A stretch of DNA of 64,000 nt from Antedon mediterranea (GCF_964355755.1 NC_092676.1:3759888-3823887), one strand, 5' to 3'; shown: positions 1-15,000, counted from the first letter of the stretch. A program made the numbers and translations. Notes: generated by a model not told the origin, from the sequence alone.

Positions 1-23
1 CATTTTTTTTATAACTCTTTCAG

Positions 24-3000
24 AACTGCAAGAAAAGTTATCATTAGTCGAAGAAGAGTTAGTTGAAATGAAGGAAAGACATGCGAAGGAAAAGAGAAGA
101 CGTCGTGATTTGCACAACACTTTAGTTGTAAGTTAATTGAGTCGTTCATTATTATTATTATTTATTCTTAAAGGCCCATTTACACTAGGGCGATAACGAT
201 TGACGATAAAAAGATAAATATGCATTTTCCATACCTAAAACAAAAGAATTTTAAAAAGTTTTCATCCTAGAACTATAGGATTATCCTCTATGCTGCCTTT
301 AATGAAAATAATATTTCCACACGTCTAATCAAATGACGTCATGATTAGTAAGAGCAATAATATCGTTACAATACAACGATTTTATGGTTTTATTGATCAT
401 GACATCATTTGATTAAATTTTCAAAAATATTATTTTTATCAAATACAGCATACATGATTATCCTATAGTTATAGAACGAAAAGTGTTCTAATTTCTTTCG
501 TTTTATCCAAGAAAAATGCATGTTTATCTATTTATCGTCGATCGTTATCGCCATAATGTAAATGGGCCTTTATACTGGGTAGTCTTTTCAGTCAATAACT
601 GTACTAGTACTATGATTAGTTTATGACAGTGGCTGTGTGTGAACTAGTACTAGTACACCGGGGTAACCCTTACTCGTCTCAAAAGATGTACTAGGTTCTT
701 TAAAGTGCACATGAACTAGTTGTGTACACTGGACCTACGGTTTATAGTCCTTATCCGAAAAGACTTGTTCTACCATCAGAACCATGGAGCAAGTGAGCCT
801 CAAACCCTTGCCGATGTTATGGGTATGTAATTACGATTCCACTGTCTTAACTCCTCGGCCATCCACTAGTTCAAACAATCTTAATCATTCATTCCACTAT
901 TATATAAACCCATGCTGGCTAGTTGTGGTGCCAGGTAGCGAGAAGTCAGGGTCTTGTGTAAGTTTAGCAATACTTGATCTATCAGTTAAATACATTTTGG
1001 TGGCAGCTTGCCAGAGCCTATTCCACGAATGTCTGGTGTTTAGGGTGGGAGCAGCTCAATACAAAGATGAAAGTTGTTTTATTTGGCAAATACAAAGTCC
1101 ACTGCTTATTGAAACTGTTGAGACTGTATAAAAAACACATTATAAATATGAATACATCATCTATCATATAACACCTATGAATTCCTGATTGGACGATTGT
1201 GGGTCACATGGCGTGCAATAGTACGTACTATTGAACAACCATTCAATAGTATTTTTCTCAATTTTTCGTGTATGGACCACTGTGATGGTACTAATAATGG
1301 CATTTGGTGAAATATAACCTTTCGTGATTCACCTCATGCCATTATTTGTACCATTGCACTAATAAACATTCATTATTTGTATATTATTATATGTACTACA
1401 TACAAATGAATTTGTGTCTTTCATGTAGGAGCTCCGGGGTAATATTAGAGTACATTGTCGTACGAGACCCCTCTTAGAGTTTGATACAGGAAAGCATGAT
1501 GTGAGTAGCCTGGGCGATGTCGGAACACCATCTGAAGAAGTCATTACAGTTATCAATGATGTAAGTGACAGGTTGAGTTTATTTATGATATTTATTATAT
1601 AATTTATCATAAATATAATAGATGTATATTAAGCAGATTTATTTGTAAATTGTTTGATTATAAACTTTATCAGATGAAAATAAAAAACAGTTTTGTATCA
1701 AATTTTAGGAAAACCTTATTGTAAAAGCAATCAAGAGCTGGCAGTCAACCACTCCAAAGAATTTTGAATTTGAAAGGTTTGTAGGAAATTTTAAAAAGAT
1801 TATTAAGCAATAAAACCAATTTGAATTTGTGTTTTTTTTAGTAAATGCGCACCTTCTTTAATGGCCAAAATTTGTTCGTTTTCTTGTCTTTTGTCTTTGT
1901 CTCTATTCTCATATATTTTGGCAAATTGCCAAGGATAACCATAAGCAAATTCATTCACTATCCTTCTTAAAGGCGGAAATCCCGTTCACGAGACAAACAT
2001 ATACACAAGATGCTCTACATAAACAAAGTCTTATTAGGTCTTTGGGAGTGGAGTTGTCATGTAAAATTTTGACATATGACAGGACTTGAACCCGAACCCT
2101 TGGATTGAGTAGCCAAGCATCATAACCACCAAGCATAACTCCACTGTTTAAGCAGCTGTCTACGCTTTATTCTTTTGATCCACTTTACATTTTATTTTTC
2201 AGGGTTTATTCACCAGTAGACGACCAATCGAACGTTTTTGAAGAAGTTCAGCCGTTGCTGACATCATTGTTAGATGGGTAAATCTAAAGTTATACTAGAC
2301 ATGAAACTCGTCACTTTGACGAGTTAGTTATCCGCTCGACAAACGCCACGTGCACGTCATACGTTAGAATATTGCACACAGAAAAATATTAAGGCATTAT
2401 GACCTGAACTGAAGAATATGATATGTTGTTATTTCTGAATTCTGTTATTTTGTGTCATATACATAGTATACACAGTACAATCTGTATACATATCACAAAC
2501 AGTGTAAAATAGGTGAAATTACGGGACCCGTATTTTATTGTAATTTTTAACATCTTGACGGTTTCAAAATGAAATGCAAAAGTAGAAATTTCAGAAGGAA
2601 ATTATCTCAGCAACAACATATTAACGTGTAGAAGAAATTTGAATACATGAAATATTGATGCGCGCTCTTTTAAATGTAATGAAATATAACGCAAAAGATG
2701 AAAATATGACTTTTTGTATTTAACTGGCCATATGATGACGTCACCACATTCGATTGGCACAATTTTCACATGATTTTGTATCTACAATACAATAGCTTCC
2801 TGAAAACGTTTTAATCGTGATTATCACATTTTATTCTTACGAGCTATAACAGATTAAAATTTACTGTAAAGATGAAATTAGTGACCAACGTAATTTAAAT
2901 TTTTAGGCATGATGACGTTAAAAAAATTAAAAAATTTTTAATTCATGCAAAACATAGTTGATAGACCTAGAAGATATTAAAATCGGGGTGAAAATGAACA

Positions 3001-6000
3001 ACGAATAAGTGGAGATGCGCTCTATTAAATGTGATGAGCTATGACGAAAGAGACAAAAATCCTATATTTTATATTTGCGTGGCCATACGATGACGTCACA
3101 ATGTCCGGTTAGCCATATTAATGCATGATTCGATATCTACAACTCATCAACTTCCAGAATATGTAATTAAAAAAAAGTTCTCCATGTTATTTAGAATCTA
3201 TGACTGTTTAAAAATAGGTATAATTTTGACGATTTTTTGAACTTTTTCACCAGAAACGCGTGCAAATTATTTAATTCGACGTGCTCGTATGACGTAATTT
3301 TAAGTCGAAATTGTTTAAAAGTTGGTGACATTACTATAAAAGGCTGAAAAAACATAAATCACGCGAAAAAAATATGTTTTTAACGCTACGTGTGCACCGC
3401 GTGCGTAAAAAGTTTCGCGCGCGTGGGAATTTTTGACATGCTCAAAATGACATGAAACGCATAGAAAGTTGATAAGACGTTGATTTTTCGCACTCTAAAA
3501 TTTTAAACGCGCGTGCGCGCGTAACTTTTTGTGAATGGTGCTATTTTTAATTCATAGAAAGTTTGCGCTTGATGTGACTTAAATTTTCACAAAGTGTCAA
3601 AACAAAATTATGTTTGGTTTTTAGTCTATAATCAATCATTGAAATTCATAAAATCGCGCGTAATTCACGTTGCGCAACTCTGACGTCATTCAAAAATAGG
3701 AGGTGCACAAGTTCACGTAAATGTCGATATGTTGACAAAGTTACGATATGTTCTGTTTACACGTTTTAGAGAAACGCGACGCACAAAAATAACGGAAGGA
3801 AATAAGTATAATACAGAAAAAAAAAAAAAATATGATGAAACAGGACGATTACAAGGAGTTATCCGCTACTAAGCGGATAACTAATTATTTCATATTTATA
3901 TAATCTTTTGGAATTACACAAAGATAAGATTGTATCAATTTTAATCTGTTGCTTCTGCTTACAATGGAGAGCCTAGTTATATTCTAGTACCATATCACAT
4001 TATCGACCTTTTTCATCTTCATGACAAGCCATGTGACTTTAAACAGCTATTAGGTCATTCTATATGTTTCTGATGAGTGTGTGCAGAATGACTTTTTGAC
4101 TCGTCAGCCTATAATTGTTGTGTTGAACTCTCGCTAAATTTGAAAAATGAAAAGAGAATTTACCATAGAAATGCTTTATAATAAGACTGTATATTAAGCA
4201 GATTTAAGTATGTTTATACTGGGAATTTGAGTATATTGTTTTCATTCACAGATACAATGTGTGCATCATGGCATATGGCCAGACCGGTAGCGGGAAAACG
4301 TTCACAATGCTCGGAGATAATTATTCTAACCTTTCAAACAGGGATAGTCTCCAGTCCAGTCCAAATGAGGGAGTCATCCCAAGAGCTGCAAGGGAATTGT
4401 TTAGGTACATTTTTTGCACCTTTTATTGTTGTTTGATTTGATTCTACACATCATTGTGTTATTAACTAATGTATTGTTAAATGGTTGATCCTCAAACTAT
4501 CAATTATAACTGCTAGATTTTTATATTGCAGATCTGTATAATAATTTTCAGAGTAAATCCTTGAAAAAATATTTTTCATTAAATGTTTGAAATTCAGTAA
4601 AAAAATGTTCACTTTGTTCTCAGATTGATAAATGAAAGAACACACGACTTCCATCGAGTTGAGATGTCGGTTGCGGAGATCTATAACAACGAAATACGTG
4701 ATTTGCTACACGGAAAGGCGAAGTCTTTAAAGCACACCATAACAATAGCTGATGATGGGTCATGTGATGTACCCTCATTAACACAAAGGTGGCTCTATTT
4801 TATTTCAGCATACTTTGTCTTATAAATGTATTTGCATTAAGACATGAACCCAGCACTCTGATATTGGAAAACAAACTTAGGCGGAGCGCCATTATTCTTA
4901 ATATTGACTTTGACTTTATGTTAAAATATTATTAATTAAAAAATTATGATTTCTATATGATATACTAAAATAGTGAAAAAATATAAGTGCAATATTACCA
5001 GAAATGTTTTGGAATTAAATCAACGTAAAATAATAAATTTGTTTATGAATTTTATCAGAATGGTCCAGAATGCATCAGAAGTTGTAGATTTGGTGCATTA
5101 TGGGATGCTGCATCGACATGAGGATGCAACATTGGTACATGCTCATTCCAGTCGTTCACATTTAATAGTAACGCTGACAATTACGTCCATATCAACTGGA
5201 GTATCAACAGTGCCCTCTAAATCATCCAGATGTCACTCGCCCCTTCCACGGTCAAGAGCAGGTAATGTTTAAAATTCATAATTTTGACAATTTAATTTTT
5301 TTTTTCAACATAAATCAAATAATATTTGAAATATTAATTTATTTCTAGGTACAATGACACCACCTCCAAATAGACGTCCAAGTTTAAAGATCCGTTCTCG
5401 CTCACCATCCCCCTCACGTTCAACCCCGCCACCAGACATAACAGGCGTCGTAAAAACCAAACTTCAGTTGGTCGATCTTGCTGGTAGTGAGTGTGTTGGT
5501 TTGTCGGGGGTTACGGGTGCTGCGCTTAGAGAGACGTCGTTTATCAACAGAAGCCTGTCCGCGCTGGCAGATGTTCTGGCAGCGCTTGCCGAGGATAGAT
5601 CGCATATTCCATACAGAAACAGTAAATTAACTCATATGCTTCAAGACACAATAGGTAAAACCTACTAGAAACGAGAAAGAGTTTACGGACCATGTCAACA
5701 TTATCTTAAGCTCTGTCTACACTATCAAACTTTATGTAACATTAAAATGTGATGTGCCCATATATGGACATGATGATGTCATATCACTACCATATTTGGG
5801 AATATCACTACCATATTTGGGTATATCACTACCATATTTGGGCACATCACTAGTTTGATAGTGTAGACAGAGCTTTGCTGCTGTTACTTTATTATTGTTT
5901 ACTATTATTAACCTATTTATTTAGCAAGCCTCATAAACGTCTACATAGAAGCGAACTATCATACATTACATTACATTATTAATTACTGCAGTAACTGCAG

Positions 6001-9000
6001 TAAAATCATTTTGACAGAATCCCTTAAATAATATAACAAATATAATCATATTGTTCAACTTATTGAAGGACACATGATTTTAGTTTTTAATAAATATTAA
6101 TCAAATGTAAAATAAATTTGGTTTTTAATACCCTTTTATTATTACTAAATTGTAATGATATATAGAGACCATATAGGTAGAGGCCAACCTTAGACCTCAC
6201 CCCCAGTTGTTATTTAAGGAAAATTTGTTCCAAGAATTTATTATATTATCTTCATTTTCATGTTTCCATTGATGTTAAAAATTTAGATTATTTTTAACAA
6301 AAAATAATGTTAATTTTTATGAAGGTGGCGATGCGAAACTACTTGTAATGTGTTGTGTGTCTCCTGCGCAACGGTTTATAACCGAGAGCCTTCAATGTCT
6401 AGGATTTGGAAGTCGTGCTCGTCAGATTCAACGAGGTCCGACCAAAAAGCGCCCTCAATCAGGAGTCACAACTGGTATGTTGACTATCATAATAATATTA
6501 AATTTTGATTTCTTAAGATTTAAAAAATATTTGTTTTTTGTTTTTGTTTCAAATCTGTATACCTGGAAATATTATTATTTTCTCTCAAAATTGTATTTAG
6601 TTCCATACCTGACTCTGTTGTAATAAAACACATGTTTTTAATTTATATAAACAATATTTTTATTTTTATTTATATTATTATTTTATTAATATTATATACC
6701 ACCAACATTACAAATGAGAATCAAAATCATATTAAGGCATTTAATGAAAATGCAGACCGTCTTAAAATTATGTGACATTTTTTCGAGAAATCTGTTATAT
6801 CATTTTTTTAATATAAACTCATTTTGTAATGTTTATTTTTGTTTATGACACATCAGTAAAGCTGACAAATAAACTCTTGAAAGGTAAATGATAGTAGTTG
6901 ATGCATGGTTGTTGTTACCAGGAGACTATGAGAATGTATATTACATCATCCATATAGCATGTATTGTTTGAATGCGCAACAAAGGGTACAAGCACCCCCC
7001 GTCCCCATCTCCCTATGTTTGGTGTAATTGTGGCTAACTCAATACATTTGAGTCCTCCGTGTCCATATGGTCTAGGAACTTTATAAATGTTTGCAGGTCA
7101 TTTCTTTTAACATACAGCTATTTAATTTGTAACAATTGTCGTATTCGCTTTGGACTTTTACCATTGAGTACAGTTTTTCTGTTGAGTTATTTAACAGAGT
7201 ATTGTGAGCGTTGTGATTGTTCTTAACGAAATAGCTTGCGTTGTCAACGTTTTCTATTCGAATGACGTTCTGTTGAGCAAACATTTACAATTTGAATACA
7301 AAAAGTACTCAAAGAATCTTTACGTTGGCAACGAAAGTTCCCATTCGAATATGAAAATTGTGTATTAAAATGTGTTGATCATGTCCTTGAAGAGCCTTAT
7401 CACTCCAAACAATAGAGGGCACTATTATTTATTACAAATGAATACTGATGCCATTTACCAGTTAACTGGAATATACTGCACAGTACTTGGATTAGATTTA
7501 ACTTATAATCTTATTGGGTCCTGGTATGATGGTTGGCACACTATGATAAAGTACCTACCATAACATGCATTCCATAGCTTAAATGTTCTAAATAAATAAG
7601 GCTAGTTATTTTAACTTTTAAAAATGTCCTTAATAATGCTTGAATGAATACTTTTATGAGCATGTCTTATAATGTCTGCTATCTATCATTTTTGAGCATT
7701 TTCATCATATTTTATAAGTTTTTTTTCTATGTGAAGTGAAACTGGGTTGCTGAGAACATAACTGATTTTTGAATTCTAAGCTTTGTACTGTCGCTTTGTT
7801 AGTTAACTTTGGAAAGTTAACTTTGTTATCGTAACTTCCATCCTGTGTCGAGTCATAACTTACTGGACATTAGCAAACCAATGTAAAGAAAAGTTGAGAA
7901 TGTGTCAATGTTTCGATTGTTATAGTACAACTGTCTTCTGCAATAATAATAAGTTTAGATGAATTTAAGCAAGAATATGTCTAAAGTGATTGGTCCACCA
8001 CTAGAGATACTATTAACTCTAATCTAACATAAATGTACACCTGCCAACTTTCACGCATAATGTATGACTATGAGTCTCACGCATGAGGGCCGATTTTTTA
8101 TGCCTCACACATACGTAGCTGTTTCTCACGCATCCATACAAAATATTCAGAAAAACATTATTTTGAAATTAACCTATTAGCCTATTTTAAAGAAAATATT
8201 GCCTAGGACTACACTTTAATTAATTAAAGCATAATTAGCCTAGGCCTATGTTTATTTGTATTTTATGGTTGAGGTAGTACATGAAGGCGACGAAAATTCA
8301 GCGAAAAATTAAACATAGAGGGCGTATTTCACAATTATTTTGAGTTATTATAACATAGAAGGCGCTATATACAATTTGAATTTAATAATGTCTCACGCAT
8401 TGGCCACTTAAAAAGTTGGCAGGTATAAATGTGAACCATGTATAACCTTTTATAAACAATTTACTAACTTTACCCAACATATATTCTCATAAATAAATGA
8501 AATAATGATATAAGCTTTATAAAAATCTAACTTTATTAAAACTATATTTACATATAATGCCTAATTGTTTGTTTGTCTTAACTATATTAACAATTTATTT
8601 ATTAAAAATGTATTTCACATATGTGTGGATGGTATCCACATATGGTCTTAGAACGCTTTGGCCACCAGAATATAATGCAAAATATAAAATGGTTTTTACA
8701 GTGCTACCCTATCATTTTGAAACTGCATTACTGTACAGGCTTAGATAACCATATTAAAGTTTATTACAAAGTTGAATTTTGATATTTGTTTTTTTTATTA
8801 TAAAATGAAACATGATATTTTTTTTCTTCTTATCATAGGTGTGATTTCATCCTGTGACTCATCTCCAGCTACAACCCCACGAGGGCGTTCTCGTTTCTCG
8901 GGTTTTCCAGGTAGTTCATGTACAGTATTCATTTAACAATCAAATACAATTTCCTTGCAATTATACATACAATTACATTAAGTTCTCAGAAAATAAACAC

Positions 9001-12000
9001 TTTTGAACTAGCCTTACAGTGGCCTATGCTTTCCTTGAATTGTAGTTTTTAGATTACATGTAACAGTTCTGTCCAATTTAAACATAAATACGATTTCTTG
9101 GTGTTTTTAAAGTATTATAACTCTTTTACAATATGTTTAATTCATATAATCTTTTCTTCTCTATTCTTCTGACTTTCAGACATTTTTTAATTCCACTTAA
9201 TCAATTATAATTTCAAATAATGTATGTGCAATTAATATATAATAATAATTACTACATATAATGATTACTACATATATAGTGCATTGCACTAAAGCCATAA
9301 TTCATTTAAAAATGAAAATAAAATGCCAAAAAATTCAGTTAAAAGATGACTTTTTAAAGCTGCCTTAAGTATAATATTAATTCTATAAATATGTACTTTT
9401 ACTTTTTTGCTGTCAATATATTTCTGAAGGATTGCCAAGTTCAAACAGTCACTCAATGATAAACATTTTTTATTAGTTTGCCTGTCAAATTGTGATAACT
9501 TGAAGATGATATTATTTCTCTTGAATTTATAATTGTGGATGCAACACAGCCAGTCACTCAAATGCTAAAGCAAATATATAATAGTTTCGGTTTTTAATAC
9601 AGTAGAATCCTGTATTAAAGGACAATTTGACCGAGGACCATATTTTAACAACGTATTTGGGATGTACATATGATTTCATTAAGGATATCGCCGCACGCAC
9701 TCGCCATACAGCTGTCTCCGTAAATTTCTGTGACATCACAGGTGCATCGCACAATTTACGTCATGAGTTTTCTGGCAAAGTCTGCCAAATCGCGAAAATT
9801 TCTAGTAAACACAATAAATTTTTAAAAACATAAATGTTATTTTTATTGTTTCTTTTGCTTATCTGGACTCATTAAGTACATTTTGTGATGCACCTGTGAC
9901 GTCACAGTAATTTATGGCCACGGTTGTATTGCGAGCTCGTGCGGCGATATCATTAATCTCGCGATTGTTCTGAAATCATATGTACATCCCTAATGCGTTG
10001 CAAAAATATGGTCCTCGGTCAAGTTGTCTTATAAGGGGTCACCTTCGGGCCCATCAACTTATCCTTAACAGTTGTGTCCCCTGAATATTATTTGGCTGTA
10101 GTATTAAAACATATATTTCCTGTTTTTTCTCGGGAAAGTCTCCTCTAAATATGGGTTCTATATTGTGTTATCGATATTAATATAAAAGGTATCAAATTAA
10201 ACTTTTCTTTAATAATTTCTTTACAACATCCAAACTATGCATCAAAGTAGCTCTTATGTCACATTTTAAACGAATCACAAATGTTGCTGTTATTTATAAC
10301 AATCATTCTTATATAATGTGTTTTGTAATATTCTTTTTCTACTTTGCATGCTGTATGTGTTTTAGTGTCTTTAGCTGTAGATAAATCTGAATTTAAACAA
10401 CCTCTTCCAAAAATCATTGTGTGTGAGTATTGATGTTAGTACTTGCTTAATACGCTTCAACCTGCAAACTCATCTAGCTAATTCTCAGTACAGTATTATA
10501 GGCGAATTCTTGGATACAGCATCACATATGTATCACATGTGTCTGCTGTATTACAGGCCAGCATCCCAAACTTTTTTATAATACAGGCATCACATGTGAT
10601 ACATATGAGACACTGTATATAGAATTTACATATGATACAGTACATATAATAACATACAATTCAGATAATCAGGTCAATTATTGTTAATTCATTTTACATG
10701 TTTTGCAAAATAAATAGCATTTTTCATTTTTATTGGCAAGTTCTTAATTCTCTTCCATTTTTCCTTTTAATAATACTGTCACTGACAAACATAAACATAT
10801 TGACATGATAAATGATTATTTGTCTAAAGAGCTGCTTTTTCTCTCGTCATTCCTTTGGGATTTTGGAACAACAGACGCATAACTTTGCCGATTTTGGCGC
10901 ATACTTCCTTTTGAAAAGTCAATGTCGGCGTAACTGACACGTGAAGCATTTGATGTCTTATTATATTTTCCGTTGCTCTTAACATTCGTAAAATCAATAT
11001 TTGCGTAGCTGATTCTATAGTCTGTTGTTGGCTCATAATCATTTGCTTGATTTTCATTGGCTGTTCTCTGTGATTTAGGAACCACTGCCGTATATCCATT
11101 GTTAGTTTTATTATCGTTTATTTTAAGCTTTGATGCTTTATCATCTATAACAAAATCGAATGAAGCACGTTTAGTTTCTTTGACCTTTCTATCCGACACA
11201 GGAAAAACATTTGTGTACCCGAAACGTGAATTTTCTATTTTATTTACGGAAAGTCCTTTAATTTCGTCAACCATATTGTTTTCAGTTTTATTATCTTTTG
11301 AATTCGTTGACATGTCAGGGTTTCGTTTTGACTTGGGAATAACCTTGGCGTAACCCAAGCGAAGATCTTTCATCTTCTCAGCTGATGGTTTATCCGTCAT
11401 CTCTAAACTTAAGCAGAAATCTGAGTGAATGGACTTGGTCTTATTTTCTTTATCACCACGCTTAGATCGGGGCACAACAGAAGCGTACGTTATAACAGAA
11501 GGTTGTTTTACATCTAGCATAGCAGTAATATGTTCTTCCGTTGCCGCATGAATGGTGTTACGAACCGATTTCACCTGCGGCGGTTTGGCGTTTGGTTTTG
11601 ATATAACATCCTGTTTATCTACGTTGAGTACAATATTAGCGTAACCGGTGGACGCTTTCGGTTTATTTGCTATTGGAGCGGCTGCCTTATGTCCATTGTA
11701 TCTCGCATTTACAGCTACAATTGAATTACTATTTGTTAGTCTTGCGTTTGTCTCGGTTGTTGTAACATTCTGATAGAGGGAGACTCTATGCTCTTGTGTT
11801 CCTAATTCAATTTGCTCTATATTCGTGGTATCATCTGTAACAACACTGCATGTTACCGCATACCTAATCTCACTAGTTTTCTTCTTATTTTTTCTTCTTT
11901 TACAACAACCAAACGTAAACAGACTCGTGACAAGTATAAATCCAATGCCACCGAAGAGTAGGCCTAGGATCATCGCAAACTTTGTTGACTCAACATCCGA

Positions 12001-15000
12001 CTTATTTTCATAAGGAACCGTTTGTCTGCCGTCTGCGCTATACGTTGGCTTAACAGTCGTTGGATCATTCTTTGTAATCACTATCATATCGTTTCCAACT
12101 CCTACCGAGTTACTCGCGATGCACGATAAAGCTGATCCCGTTGAAACAGTATCGGGAACTGTGATAAGAAAAGTGGAATAATCCTGTATGATGTAGCTAC
12201 TGATTGGTATCAGAGGATCAACAATCCATGTTGGTATTGCGCTAGGTCGTGCGTCAACCTTGCATTCGTACGATAACATTGATGTATGTCGCAACTGTAC
12301 TGTCGGTGCGTAATTAACTGCGAGTTTATCGACATAACAGCTTCGAGTCTCTCCTGTTGATTGTTTTGTCGCGTTACATACAAACTTGGCGTTATGATCG
12401 CTTCTATTTATCATGAACGTATATAGGTTAAATACGTACCTTCCCGGCGACACGATAACATCATCCCTTCTCCATGTAAAGTCAATGCCAGATTCACTTT
12501 GGCTTAATTGGCATAAGATACGCATAGTCTCACCTTCCGAAAGACTTGCGCCCTCATTCAATCTTGCGCACTTTGGCTCCGAAAACGTCCAAGCGATTGA
12601 TACCTTTGTTGAACTGTACAAAACTTTAGCGTCATTTTTATCGAATACATTCAGGTAAAATTCTAAATATTCATAATCGACGGGAGCCTTGAACACAAGA
12701 CTATAATTATTTCGCTCTTGCGAGATTGTAAAATAATTTTTAAAATCTTCGGTGATGAGTTTATTCCGACTGATAATATCGTTATCTGCACCTTTCATCC
12801 ACTTAACCACATGCTCCTCAGTCAAACCGCTGATTATGCACTGTATAGTAATGGATTCGTCGGGAAATGCTGAAATCGTTTTTGCTGGCGTTGTTATAAA
12901 CACAACGTTGGCGATAGTATGACATTGTAGCATAACAAAAGCAAAGATTACCTTGTAAATGAGTACTTTTGGCCAAGTAAACATGGTGAAAGTATTTTTT
13001 TATACTTAAAGAAAACAAAATATGTACTTTTTAACCTTTTGAAAACAGGTATTTTGTATTATAATTTCTTCTGTTCCATAAAATCTTTATAATCAATTTA
13101 AATCCTTTTTGAGTTGTTCAGTTTTAAACAAACTCATTTTCTTGAACTTTATTTCTTGATTTTCCTTTCATAGTCTGCTGTAAAGTGTATTCAAAATGGA
13201 TGTTTTTATTTAAACTTGCAATTTGTATACACTGGCTTGTTGTATAATTATGCTATCCACAACATAAGGTCCTTCTTATGCACATACTGTGTGTATTTCG
13301 CCAAACAGTTTCGCGTCAAATAGTGTCCATCAAATATCAATTAGGTTCTTTCAACCGACGCTTTGCTTTTAACAAAGGAAGTCTATCTTCTTTCACACAT
13401 GTACAATATTACAAACTGCATAATTAATTCCATAAATAGTTGATTTCTGTAGAATTCCTGTACACCATATCTACAGCAACTAGGTGTACCCAATCCATGT
13501 TACATTGTCAGAAACTGGCTGCTATTGTTAAAACACTCAGGAGATGGCCTCTCTCTAAACAATGATACAATTCACTTCTTATAGCCAGCTTCCTCTATGT
13601 CATCTGAACTTAGTTGGAAATCTGTAAAGTTAATTTAAAACAAGACTAACGAAATTGACTGACTGACTCAGTCAGACTACGATTGCGGCATTAGTCACTC
13701 TGTATCTTTATCACGGTCTACTTATTTCCCTTCAAAATTTTATTAAAACTTTCGTAACTTTACGTGAATCACTGTTCTCGCATATCTTTTGATTGAGTCT
13801 ACAAACGTTTATTAAAAGTGTTTTATCCGGTGTGGATAAATTTAGAAACCTGACAGGAGGATCATTATACTAATCTTTATTCTAATAGAAACTGACAAAG
13901 GTATTAAACATTTTTCATGTTGCCAATTAATATCAGATCTTAATTTTTTCAAAATGAATCTGAATAGATAGTACTCATTTTGCTAAATTGAAAATACATC
14001 TTTTTACATAAAACGGAAAATTACCTTTGATTTGTTTTATCTTCAAACAATTTTAATTAAAATTTATCAATTTTTAAAAATAATTAATGCTGGTTTATAC
14101 AATTATTATAGCCTGCCATTTCTGTTCAATCAACCACAAAATATGCGAGAAAAATGACTTACCTGTAGGCCTAATGTACCCCTAATCAAACTGTTGAATA
14201 TTCATCATGTCACTCATAAATATTCATGACCATATAAACATAACTGAAAACTATGTTTCAAAATAATTATGTTTAAATTCCCCAATAAACAGGAATACTG
14301 TACTAATAACAAAAACTCCTGTGGCTTGTTGAATAAACTTTTCAAAAACATACTAGTGGTTAACTGTACGTTCTACGTTAAAGTAGATAAAATATGCTTG
14401 ATCCAGCCTTGAAAATTCACCAATTGCGTTGATTCTCAGGAAAGGAGTTGAAAAGTCTCTAAAAGTTGGGATTACACTGCCCAAGGCCAGTGTGTGTCAT
14501 CAGTGTTGTTGTCATTCTGTTACTTATTATTATTTGTGTTGTCTAATCTGTCATGTAATTCAGTTAAAATGTTTATTTCCGCTGTTATTTGCGTGTTTAT
14601 TTATTATTATTTATACTGGGTAGCCCTTTAGTCAAAGTGTGTTCTCCCAGAGTGCCCTGTGTGTGAGCTAGTACACCGAGGTGTCCCCTACTCGCTTCGA
14701 AAGATGTACTAGGCTCTTTAAAGTGCACATGAACCAGATGTGTACACTGGACCTACTGTTTATAGTCCTTTCCGAGAAGACTCATTCAGAACCATGGAGC
14801 AAGTGAGCCTTGTTATGGCTACGTAGTTACGTTTCCACTGCCTTAACCCCACGGCCACTCACTCGCTTGATTTATTACCTACGTCAAGGAGGTTATGTGA
14901 TCACTCTGTTTTGTATTTTCAGTTTGTGTTTTGACCAAATGTTCACCGTAAATCTTAGTCCATAGAAGACCCTCTAAATTATAGAGATACACAATCAGTC

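Noticed and set aside
784-1171. 115-aa and 65-aa ORFs
   Set aside because: The longer one starts within a SINE; neither has a recognisable domain or a splice fit to the kinesin.
4068-4110. CTGATGAG / CTCGTCAG pair resembling a hammerhead core
   Set aside because: No correctly placed stem II, GAAA or stem III; it is only an inverted repeat.
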